Part shown: positions 1-9,971 of the stretch, one piece after another
How positions within the stretch are numbered: the first letter of the stretch is position 1
How the letters are laid out: each line of letters opens with the position of its first letter
Source: Podospora anserina
Lineage: Eukaryota
DNA: 64,000 bases
Reading direction: 5' to 3'
NCBI GenBank assembly: GCA_017654855.1
Contig: CM030337.1
Span: forward strand, 2,232,001-2,296,000
Position numbers and translations under genes: made by a program
The notes under the pieces: generated by a model
The model's database searches: none
What the model saw: the letters and a program-made list of their open reading frames with translations, nothing else
What the model was told of the DNA's origin: nothing

Positions 1-880
1 CAAGGGGCTTTCGGCTCCTGGGAACTAACACCTTTCTATTTGTTTGGATAAACTGAGTCCGATCCGTGGTAGCGAGCAAACCCAGTTCATATTGTAAGAT
101 AACGGGATTCGAACACGGTCGGTTTCTGAAAGGCTTTCTCAGGGCTTTCCTAGAGGAAACCCAGACACTCATCATGAGAGGAAATCCAGCAAGGATGACC
201 AAGGAGCCCGGAAAGGTATCGAATCTCTTGGTCACGGTCTGTTGAAGCATTCGTGCTTTCAATCTCATTCCGCTCAACGGTGGTGGCCCTAAAGATGTTG
301 TTTTAATCTTATCACAACTATCCTCCTTATATCCAGTCTGCAAAACAGAGGAGCGTTAGCATGGGTTATTTCAACTCATCCCTTCGGGATCTGCCAAGTG
401 ACTTGCAGAATGGCAATACTCAAAAAAGTCCTTCCTGGCCGTCCACTCCGCGAGGCTGACAGCTTTTCTACCATCTTCCATGGCGCGGATTGTTGACCAA
501 AGCGCTATGCAAGCGATGAGGAATCCTCCAAGTGCAAAGACCATGTTGCCACTTTTAGCGCAGCGTCTTCTATCCCGCTGTAGGACACAGGTCGAAAATT
601 GAAAATACCGAAACACGTTACAGACATATTTCGATTGTTTGACATAATGGAAGAGTGCTGAGGGTGATAGACAGGATGAGGCAGTACTGTGTTCCGATAC
701 GGTTGATATTCTGTCGAATGAGGTTGTAGCCGTTTGGGTTGGGGTCGGGGTTGTAATGGACGCAGATGGCGGGGGTGCCTGAAGTCCAGTCACCATCGGC
801 TGGACCACTTCTGGCATCCTCACTCCCTCACAACCTGATGCGATTGTTGCGGAGTATATAAAATGAGCGCTGGGCATAGA
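1..880 (-). CDS. TM/zinc-module family protein, paralogue 1 (3' end runs off the window; start uncertain)
   Basis: Exon 1 carries the hydrophobic motif FLIACIALWSTIRAMEDGRKAVSLAEWTARKDFFEYC. A predicted GC-AG intron at 406-338 (GCAAGT...GCTAAC...TTGCAG) follows. The next exon reads TGYKEDSCDKIKTTSLGPPP...LAGFP...ELGLLA, stays open to position 1 and aligns by eye with the paralogue at 52261-53901. Confidence 0.7.
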
Positions 881-1300
881 GAAAGTCGAGTTATTCAGCA
901 CGTTAACGAAGTCATCTGGCTCGAGGTGACATGCGGTTGCCTTGCTGGTGGCGGTGCATTTTTACAGCTTACCTGCATAACGTGCGCCTACCTAGGTAGG
1001 TACCTAAAGTGGCGTGGGGGCTTGATCCTTTTGTACGCCAAAAGCTCGGATAGGATACGTCTAAAGCTTAGATTATAAAGACTAAAAGTTTGGACATATA
1101 ACCTCCCGCATTGAACAAGCTATCGAGCTCATTCTATCCTATAGTCTGGCCGCTAAGGAGAAAGCCTGGCTCAGTTTCAAGCTCTGCTTCTGGCTCGGCT
1201 TGGAGCTCGGCTTGGATGTCTGCTTCTGCCCCCCGGCCTGTTTCTGTCTCTGTTCCGGTCCCGGCCTCTAGCTCTGTTCCTTGTTCTGTTCCTTGCTTGT

Positions 1301-3188
1301 TCATTGCTCTGTTTCTGCTCTGCTTCTGGCTCCCGCTGTTTCGGGTTTTGTTTTGACCTCTTCTTCAAGCTCTGCTTTAGGCTTGGTAAATAGACCCGAA
1401 TGGTGGCTAAATATAGAGCTGTAGGCAGTATCCAACACCCACCCGAATTCCTCCTGTTGATCTGTCATATGGTCCCTGACTCTGAACCGCTGGGCCTAGT
1501 GAGCCCTTCCCTCTTTCTCCACCCTCCTCCAGTAACACAGAATCCCACCAATCTCATCTATCCAAGGCTCAACCATGCGCTTTTTGGATACATCATCAGG
1601 ATAGGGCGGCCCCCCGTGCTTTTCATCACCATTGTAGACAAAGTACATCCGATAGAGGAGAGATTCGACAACTTGATTGAAGTTCCTTTGCCATGAGATC
1701 TGTGTCAGGACAGTGTCGACTTCACCACCATCATCTGTTGTTTCCGCATTGATTCTGAGAATATCATTGATATGTAGGACCATACCATGAGGAGGACTGT
1801 CTACGCGCTGGTGAGAAAGCCCATAAAGAGCTTCATCAATGCATGACAAGCACCAAGAAACAAAGTAACAATTATTGTGATCCCAGGGATGTTCTGGTGG
1901 CTCATCAAAACCTAATTTCAGTGTGGCCTTGCAGATACGACAAGAGAACCCCGGCAGAGGAGTTGATGCTTGGATTAACGGCAGGTCCGATGGCCAGATT
2001 GCCGCCGGGATTGACGGCAGAAGTCGTGGTCGAACAGGTGACGGAACTGAAGTTGGACTCTGTGAAGATAAGATTGACGACCCAGCCGGTAGTGAGCGGA
2101 AACGTATTTGAGCATCCGACTCTGTAGATATATTTTCCACCTGGTCTACCCTGTGGGTAGGATGTCCTTCTGATTCCACAGACTCCAGAGACAGTTTTGG
2201 TATGTCAGTGACGTAAAGATGTAACTGGTTCCGTTGACGTTTCCGGCCCCCCTCTCGTCTAGATACGTCGGCTTTTATGAGGGCCGAGGTCATTCCGGTG
2301 TCCATTCGGAGTAAAGGAAGAGTGGTTGCAGTGGGCTTGAAGTCAAAACTGGTTTCCAACCCACTGCCAAAAATCGCTCGGCGTGAAGTGCCTGTCATGG
2401 AAGAATGGTGAAAGTCAACACCCGAGCTGTTTGCTACTCCGGTGCCAGGTGACTGGGCAGGCAGGAGCTCTCCGGCTTCTCCAGCCAGTAGTCCATTTGT
2501 TGATTGTCTCCAAAGAACGTGTGTGGCGGTGGACCCAGGGGTGCTTTTGTTACTCTGTCACACCCGTCCTCCTGGTCTTCAATCTGTTTGAAGAATTAGC
2601 TTATGGTAACGACAAAGTGTGTCCTTGAAATTGACCTACTGTTTCACAGAACTCCCAGTAGTCTTTCCTAGCCGTCCACTCAGCTATTCTCACAGCCTTC
2701 CTACCATCCACCATAGCACCAATGGCTCACCATAAAGCCACACAAGCAATAATAAGTCCAGTTGTGGTAGTAAGAAGCTTACTTGCTTTGTTAACTGAGC
2801 CTCTGTACTTTCCCACAACGACCTTGGAGTTTTGAAAGAGGGCGTATCCTGCATCGGCTATACACCTACCCATGCTTGCTAACCTCGATCCGAAACTGTG
2901 AAAAAATAGATCAGGATGCGACTTTCTTTGAGGCGATGTTGCTGTCTTTGGCGGCCCTGGTCTTTGAGAAGCTCTAGATGGCAAAGGCTCGGATGCGGGG
3001 AGAGAGGAAACACAAGGGCTTGCGGCTGCTCCCTTCAACTGGTTAAGCTCCTGTTGCAAAACACTCGCCAGTCCAAAACCAGTTCCCAATTCGACGAAAT
3101 CTTTTATGAACATCTTGCAATCGGGAAGTTTGAGGCAACTAGTTGTTCGGCAGGCACAAGGGACTTGGGCAGCGTGGCTGTGCCACAT
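1301..3188 (-). pseudogene. TM/zinc-module family paralogue 2, disrupted
   Basis: Same motif, IIACVALW*AIGAMVDGRKAVRIAEWTARKDYWEFCET, with an in-frame TGA at 2729-2727. Intron 2639-2584 sits at the conserved position. A frameshift near 2500 precedes GLLA...FGSGLETSFDF...RKRQR (ORF 1496-2398). A TAG at 1498-1496 is followed by 64 further sense codons. Confidence 0.7.
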
Positions 3189-3289
3189 ATTGGCACAAGC
3201 CCACCATCACAGAGCTCGTGCATGAATGGCCCCGAAGCTCACGCTGCCATAGCAGGCCCGCTCGCTACACATTTGGTTGGTCCACATTC

Positions 3290-3370
3290 ACCCCTCACGT
3301 CACATCTCACCTCACCTTGACCCTTCACCTTCACCTCTCACCTTCACCTATCACTCACCACCCTCACCAC
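3290..3370. repeat. Low-complexity (CCTCA/CCTTCA)n tract at the 3' end of the TIM-like gene
   Basis: Imperfect repeats ctcacct/cttcacct are visible directly. Confidence 0.5.
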
Positions 3371-4238
3371 CACCCCCCGCAACCTCCCCAATCAACTTGA
3401 CAAACTCCCCAGCATCATGCCCAAACCTCCCCAAAAACAACCCATCCACCTCCCCCCCCAACCTCTCCCACAACCCCCGTCCCGCCGCCCCCCCATAAAT
3501 AACCCTCACCCTCTCCCCCCTTCCTTTCACCCCCTCCCACTCCCTCAACCCTCTCACAACCCCCTCAACATACTCCTCCCCAGCCGGCTCCCTCCCCCCG
3601 ATAGCCCAAACAGGCTCATAAGCCAGCACCACCTCCTCCCCCTCCCCAACCCCCTTTAGCACAACCTCAACCTGCCTCACCACCTCCCCAACCGCCCCTT
3701 CAATCCCCCCATCTTTCCTCATCTCACCAACACATATCACCGGAACCATCCCATTCCTCACCACCCCCCTAACCTTCTCCCCAACCCTCCCATCACTCTC
3801 CGCAAACAACCTCTTCCGTTCCGCATGCCCCAATTCCACAAACTCCACCCCAACCTCAGCCAAAACCGCAGGACTAACCTCCCCTGTATAAGCTCCAAAG
3901 TCCTCAGAGTAACAATCCTGCGCCCCTACTCTTATCCTTCTCGCCACCGACCCCTCAGGAGCAGATCGTATGATACTAATGACAGACGTGAGGGTGACAA
4001 AGTCGGGGATGATGAAGATGTCGACATCGTCATCACCCAGGGTTAGGGTATCCGTAGGGCTGGAAAGAAGCTCGACAACGGACCGGGTGAAGGCTTCCGT
4101 CCGGGAGGCGGAAAAATACATTTTGGTGGATACCCCGATCAGACGACGCCTTCTTCCTCGCTTGTTACTGCTATCAACCGGCGCCGTTGACGCCGCCGCC
4201 GTTGCTTCGGGGCCGGGAGAGGTGGGGTTGGCGGACAT
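3351..4238 (-). CDS. Triosephosphate isomerase-family protein, non-glycolytic subtype (tetrose-phosphate isomerase-like)
   Basis: TIM motifs GVSTKMY, GAQDC...GAYTGEVSP, GHAERK and AYEPVWAIG are present. Divergent YGGAAG and DGLFLGRF replace YGGSV/GFLVGGAS. Intronless, ATG at 4238. Confidence 0.88.
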   Translation of the reverse strand: MSANPTSPGPEATAAASTAPVDSSNKRGRRRRLIGVSTKMYFSASRTEAFTRSVVELLSSPTDTLTLGDDDVDIFIIPDFVTLTSVISIIRSAPEGSVARRIRVGAQDCYSEDFGAYTGEVSPAVLAEVGVEFVELGHAERKRLFAESDGRVGEKVRGVVRNGMVPVICVGEMRKDGGIEGAVGEVVRQVEVVLKGVGEGEEVVLAYEPVWAIGGREPAGEEYVEGVVRGLREWEGVKGRGERVRVIYGGAAGRGLWERLGGEVDGLFLGRFGHDAGEFVKLIGEVAGGGGEGGE

Positions 4239-4944
4239 CACTGAGGACAACAAACACGACCGAACAAAAAAGGGGTGTCCGATTTCGGTAGTCTAAAAGA
4301 TAAATGCTGTGTACACCAAAGTCTGGGTTACCGAGGAGATAACACTACATTTTAGTCAGTCCTCACCGTCACAAACAAACCGGATCATTCGCCCTGTCAT
4401 GACGCAGTCCATTTCATTCATTCACACACGGGAAAAGTCCCCCCCCACCCATCAAAGCAAGCAGCACTGTCGATCCCCGCGGCTCGGGAACTTTTTAGCT
4501 TAGTCCCATCCACCTGGTGCCACTGTAAAAACCCGCTGTAGCTCGTCCCACCAACGATTTACCCGCCCCCAGACATAGCGGGGGTCCCCATCTTGATATC
4601 CAATCAACGGGGTAACAATAGCAGCACCACAACAACAGCATGCTCCAAAACTCGCTGGAACTGGAGCTCCAACTGCCTGATAGGGTTCGCTGAGCCGACA
4701 AGTTCTTCTTGGCCCCCCCAGAATGTGGATAACCCGAACAATCAACAAAGTGGAAAAACGCAGGCAAAATGGAGCAAACTCGAAGCTTGTATTCCTCGCT
4801 GGATCCCACCACCCCAAGAAGATCTGTTCTGGACCAAAGTGGCGCCTTCAACACCAAACATCCTCGGATTACCCTTTTGGGAGCGCCACACTCACATGTA
4901 TCCTGTCTCGTCTCTTGGAATCCAACTCGCTATTCCCGCCCTCA

Positions 4945-5513
4945 TCAGCAACCCTTCACTTCCTCCGCCGCCCCAGAAAGACCATGTTCCCCTTCTTCGT
5001 ATTCATGAATGGCAGCCACCTTGGCAGCACTGGCGCTCTTCTCGTCAAAGACATATCCCAACCACTCCTTTGCGAGCCTCCTCGCAAGCTCCAGTCCCAC
5101 CACCCGCTCCCCCATGCACAACACCTGGGCATTGTTGCTGAGGACCGCTCTCTCGACCGAGAAGCTGTCGTGTGCGGTGACTGCCCTGATCCCCTTGATC
5201 TTATTGGCGGCAATGGCAACGCCGAGGCCAGTGCCGCAGATCAACAGAGCTCGGTCGACCTCTCCCGAGGCCACGAGTTTGGCCGCCGCCGCGGCGATGT
5301 GTGGGTATGCCGTCTTGTCCTCCTTGCCCGTGGCACCGACGTCGACGACTGAGATGACCCGGGGATCGGCCGCGAAGTCTTCTTTGATTTTGTTCTTGTA
5401 GCTCACGCCGGCGTCCTGTTTGTAAATCAAATCATTAGCCCGTGATATCAAATCTGTCCCAGGATTATACTCACATCGCAGCCAACGGCAATCTTCCACT
5501 GTGGTGAGCTCAT
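4945..5513 (-). CDS. Ribose-5-phosphate isomerase B (RpiB/LacAB family)
   Basis: Exon 1 [13 protein letters not shown], intron 5474-5416 (GTGAGT...CAG), exon 2 DAGVSYK...[20 protein letters not shown]...[15 protein letters not shown]. Confidence 0.92.
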
Positions 5514-6084
5514 GTTGAATGTGATGATGTTGCGATGTCGTTGACGAACTTCCAGACCAGCGGCTCCTTGCTGCTCGCCAAAGTAGTAATGTAATGTAGT
5601 CCCATAAAAACAACTTGACACTGCCTTCCCACTAGGGAACTCGGCAATCGCTATTTATCCAAGCCGCCTTTCCGTTCCGGGTATTCCGCCTGCGTCCTGG
5701 AAGCACCAGACTACCACCCGGTTCCAGGAGGCTGCATGGGGGGGAGGGGGAAGCCACTGCACGCTGCCCCTCTCCCCGTACGCCCCTAAACGCCCCGCAT
5801 ACCGGCAAGTGGCCCATCATGAGGCGATCATCGAGGGGGACATGTGTTACTCGCTCGGCAAGGTTCAAAGGGGGAGGGAGGGGGTGAATTATCCCGGTGG
5901 TGATTTCCATATCCGATCAGATGTGCAGGTTCTGGCTTCTGGACCGCATGCCGCGTCAGGCCTCCCCGGTGGTGTGTCCGGGAGTTGACTTGAAATATTG
6001 TGTCACTGGCTGTTGTTCGCTGCTCGACTTGGACTCACTCCCACTCCAACGTGAACTTTCACAAACCACATTCTGACAGCCAAC

Positions 6085-7866
6085 ATGTCCAAACGACACC
6101 TCTTTTCCTCACTCGAGGGGCTTGTCCCCAAGGCCCTTCGAGGCATTGTTGCCAGCAACCCAAGACTCAACCTCGACGAGACCAACCGCGTAGTCTTCGA
6201 CCCCGAATCCCCCAAGTCGATCGTCAGTATCATCAGCGGTGGCGGCTCCGGTCACGAGCCAGCATGGTCTGGCTATGTTGGCACCAACATGCTGGCCGCC
6301 GCCGTAGGCGGTGATGTCTTCGCCTCTCCAAGCACTAAACAGATCCTGGCTGCTGTCGAGGCCGTACCATCAGACAAGGGGACACTCCTGGTGATCACCA
6401 ACTACACCGGGGACTGCCTTCACTTCGGCCTGGCAGCCGAGAAGACAAAGGCAAAGGGGAACCCGTGTCGTATGCTCATCTGCGGCGACGATGTCTCGAT
6501 TGGAAAGCAGGGCTCACTAGTTGGTCGTCGAGGACTGGCTGCTCAAATAGGAGTGCTCAAGGTTCTCGGTGCTGCAGCTGCAGAGGGTCTCTCGCTGGGC
6601 GAGCTATTCGACCTCGGCACTGCCGTCAACGGCCAAATCGTCAGCATTGCCGCCACATTGGACCACTGCCATGTCCCCGGTCGAACAGAGCACGGTGCCC
6701 TTGACCCCGATGTGGTGGAGATTGGTACAGGACCACACAACGAACCCGGCTACAAGAAGCTCTCACCAGCTCCTTCAGCGGAAGGATTGGTGAAGGAGAT
6801 GCTCAGATACTGCCTGGACGAGACCGATCCTGTGAGAGGATACGTCAAGTTCAACCCCGGAGACGAGACGGTGCTGTTGGTCAGCAACTTCGGCGGCATG
6901 TCAAACCTGGAGATGGGAGGTCTTGTCGATGAGCTCCTTCAACAGCTCCTGGCCGACTGGAACATCGAGCCCGCGCGTGTGTACGCTGGCTCCATCGAGA
7001 CATCGCTCAACGCGCCCGCCTTCTCCGTTTCAGTCATCAACCTTTCAGGGGTAGCAGCGACCAGCCCCTATTCGCTCGACCAGATCAAAGGATTCTTCGA
7101 CCTTAAGACCGATACAGCATGGGAAGCTGTTGCTGGATCCCAGAGATACCGTCGTCCAAGAGCCGATCAGCTTGTTCAACCGCCAGTCGAAGAGCGTAAG
7201 GTCATTGATGAAGCGAGAGATATCAAGATTGACCCCGTGCTCCTGGAGAGAATGCTCCGCCGGGCCTGCAATGACCTCATCAAATCCGAACCAGACCTCA
7301 CACGGTGGGACACCATCATGGGAGACGGCGACTGTGGTTTGACACTCGAAACTGGTGCCAAGGCGTTGTTGGAGGCCATTGATGGGCCACACAAGATTGC
7401 TGCCAAGGGATCGGTAATCGAAGTTCTCACTGAGCTCGAGGAGATTCTTGAGGGCAAGATGGGAGGAACACTTGGTGGTATCCTGGGCATTTTCTTCGTG
7501 TCAATGAGAACCGCGCTGCAGGAGAACCTTGAATTAGCCAAGACAGAAGGTTTGGTATCGTTATGGTCAAAGGCCCTTTCACATGCCATCCATCATCTCG
7601 AGCAGTACACACCAGCCAAGGTTGGCGACCGAACTGTCATGGACACATTGATTCCGTTTGTCGAAGCTATGGCGGCGACCAAGAGTTTGGAGGAGGGTGT
7701 CGCTGCTGCGGTAGCGGGATCAGAGAACACCAAGAAGTTGAAGGCGAGATTGGGGAGAGCGACGTATGTTGGTACTGGGACAGACGGCAAGGAGCTGCCA
7801 CCAGATCCGGGTGCTTGGGGCGCGATGGTGGTGATTCAGGGACTGCTTGCTGCAATTTCAGAATAG
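6085..7866 (+). CDS. Dihydroxyacetone kinase family (Dak1+Dak2) sugar kinase
   Basis: Motifs SGGGSGHEP, NYTGD, GRRGLA, HNEPG, GDGDCG, MGGTLG, GDRTVMD, GRATY and DPGA; 593-aa intronless ORF. Confidence 0.93.
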   Translation: MSKRHLFSSLEGLVPKALRGIVASNPRLNLDETNRVVFDPESPKSIVSIISGGGSGHEPAWSGYVGTNMLAAAVGGDVFASPSTKQILAAVEAVPSDKGTLLVITNYTGDCLHFGLAAEKTKAKGNPCRMLICGDDVSIGKQGSLVGRRGLAAQIGVLKVLGAAAAEGLSLGELFDLGTAVNGQIVSIAATLDHCHVPGRTEHGALDPDVVEIGTGPHNEPGYKKLSPAPSAEGLVKEMLRYCLDETDPVRGYVKFNPGDETVLLVSNFGGMSNLEMGGLVDELLQQLLADWNIEPARVYAGSIETSLNAPAFSVSVINLSGVAATSPYSLDQIKGFFDLKTDTAWEAVAGSQRYRRPRADQLVQPPVEERKVIDEARDIKIDPVLLERMLRRACNDLIKSEPDLTRWDTIMGDGDCGLTLETGAKALLEAIDGPHKIAAKGSVIEVLTELEEILEGKMGGTLGGILGIFFVSMRTALQENLELAKTEGLVSLWSKALSHAIHHLEQYTPAKVGDRTVMDTLIPFVEAMAATKSLEEGVAAAVAGSENTKKLKARLGRATYVGTGTDGKELPPDPGAWGAMVVIQGLLAAISE

Positions 7867-8287
7867 GAAGCGATTGGGGATGAAGGGTTTGAATTTTCTC
7901 GTGGTTGGATTGATCAGATTTAGAGATCAGTAATTCGGAATAAATTTGGTTGTACTTTACTGTGAATTCATGGATTGTGTGTGGCTTGTATGTCCTGAGA
8001 CTTGGGCGCTCCTTCCTACTTCCTCCTCCAGGCACCCACACTCAACAAAGGGCTCTCTTCATTTGATCACCGAATCAACTGGAATCCGCGATGATGCCAA
8101 CGTCTTGATTACGTTTCCAGGATCCATGGGATCCAAATGAACTCCTGTGAGCTATTGAGCTTTTCAAAACCATACCCCGCATATAAACCGTCAAATAGCG
8201 AGGTGGTAGATAAAGGAGAAAGGATATCAATGCAGAAATACACATGATAATCGAATTCAACTATTCTAGGCAGGTCTAAGAGAATCC

Positions 8288-9157
8288 TCAAGCCTTCCCA
8301 GCACTCCCCAACCAATGCATATACCTCTCAATCGCCACCTGCATCGCCTCCGTCCCCTTCTCAATCACACTCGTCAACGGCTTCCCCCTCATCTTCTCCT
8401 GCGTCCACGCATAGTGATTATTCATCCCCTTGTTGATATTCACCTTCGTCACCCCCCCCGCCATGCACTTTCTAAAAATCTCCTCATCGAACGGATCAGC
8501 CCCATGCAGCACCAACCTGACCCTATCCCCGACCTTCTTGTTGATAGCATCAAGCCGGTCATACTCCAGCTGGATCCCCCTCGGTCCATACTCCCCATGC
8601 ACATTCCCAAACGCCGGCGCCAACATGTCAATCCCGGTGGCAACAAACTCCTCCGCTTCCTCGGGGGTAGTAAGCAGTCCCTCGAGGTCAGCAGTCTCAG
8701 CTACGCCGTCCTCGCCACCTTCGATACGCCCTGGCTCTGCCTCTGCGGCGATACCGCGCTCGTGGCAGTATTGAACCAGTTCGGCGGTGAGCTTGAGATT
8801 CTCCTCCTTTTCGTAGTGCGACATGTCGCACATGATGCTGTCAAAGGCGTCCGGGATGTCGGCTGCCCTGCGGACCAGCTCGGGTGTCTGGCAGTGGTCC
8901 AGGTGGAGGGAGACTGGGACCGAGGCCGAGTGAGCTGCCTCAGCGGCGGCTTTGACGAGAGCGTCACCGGCATATTGAATCGCCCACGGGAAGAGCAAGA
9001 CCATAGCTGGGGAGCGGGCGGCTTCGGCAGCTCTGACGGTGGCGATGATGGATTCGATGTTGTAGCAGCACATGGCTGGGACGGCGTACCCCCCAGCGAG
9101 GGCCTTGTTGAGAATGCTCATGGAGCGGTTCTCTGAAAGGGGGGGTCTAGGAGCCAT
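8288..9157 (-). CDS. Class II (metal-dependent) ketose-bisphosphate aldolase family protein
   Basis: Motifs HLDH, EAEPGRIEGGEDG, AFGNVHGEY, LVLHG and KVNIN; 289 aa. Confidence 0.92.
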   Translation of the reverse strand: MAPRPPLSENRSMSILNKALAGGYAVPAMCCYNIESIIATVRAAEAARSPAMVLLFPWAIQYAGDALVKAAAEAAHSASVPVSLHLDHCQTPELVRRAADIPDAFDSIMCDMSHYEKEENLKLTAELVQYCHERGIAAEAEPGRIEGGEDGVAETADLEGLLTTPEEAEEFVATGIDMLAPAFGNVHGEYGPRGIQLEYDRLDAINKKVGDRVRLVLHGADPFDEEIFRKCMAGGVTKVNINKGMNNHYAWTQEKMRGKPLTSVIEKGTEAMQVAIERYMHWLGSAGKA

Positions 9158-9518
9158 GGTGGGTGGTGGTGGGTTGACTGAGCTGTCAACGAATAGTGAT
9201 AGTGGTGATGGTGTTGAGTGAGTGACACAGTAAGTCTTGCCAAGACTGAGTGTGAGATGCTGTAAGTTCTCGACTTAATACCCCCCCTGGAAAGGCACTG
9301 GCTGAAAGCAGACTCACTCCTTTGCTCATCAATTCATCCTACGGGATATCATCGGCACCTCTTTCTCTGTCGTGCCCAGATAACCCGAGAGATTTGCCGC
9401 CCCCTCGGGTTCCTCAATACAGGAAGGTCGATGATTGACCTGCCAAGGCCGGCTGACGGGACCCGCGGTGATGCGCCGGTGCATGTAAGAATATTAGCCA
9501 AAATGCGGCAGTCCGCCT

Positions 9519-9668
9519 GCGGGGACAGGGAGTCACGTCATAATTAGTTCTGGAGGATTGAGGGGGTGAAATTGATGTTCAGAGTTGAGATGCAAAAGTT
9601 TACAAAGCGGGGAAGCTCGTTGGGACTGTGGGCTAAGAAGCGTGGGTCAGTGACCAACTCCCGCGGGG
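9519..9668. promoter_or_regulatory. Three CreA/CRE-1-type SYGGRG sites (GCGGGG) in the divergent aldolase/dehydrogenase promoter
   Basis: GCGGGG at 9519, 9607 and 9663. Further matches lie in the other cluster promoters at 4475, 4578 and 5793. Confidence 0.4.
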
Positions 9669-9971
9669 GACTTTGCGTGGGACTTGGACTTCATCCGGAC
9701 GGGTCTCGGCATAGCCCAGCGTGAGATGATATCCCAAGGGGCGACAAAATGATCAAAAAAAAAACATGTGTTTACGGGCAGGCCGGCTGGATTGCATGGC
9801 CGAGTGTCGGAGTTTCTGCTGTCGTGGTTTGCACTCAGCATCTTGACCACCCCCCTACTCATTGTTTCTCACTGATATTGCATGCAAAGTCTTGGCCGAG
9901 TTAGCAGTCACCAACACCAGTTAACCCCCCGAGTCCCTCAATTGTTGCACTTTGAACCAAACATCACCACC

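Noticed and set aside
5514-5613. N-terminal extension of RpiB in the ORF track
   Set aside because: Artefact of reading through the intron. The real first exon [13 protein letters not shown] restores the RpiB GxD motif.
7864-7923. Readthrough extension of DAK as a cryptic targeting signal
   Set aside because: Only 19 codons, ending DQI; no PTS1. TIM-like and RpiB have tandem stops, so no cryptic PTS1 there either.
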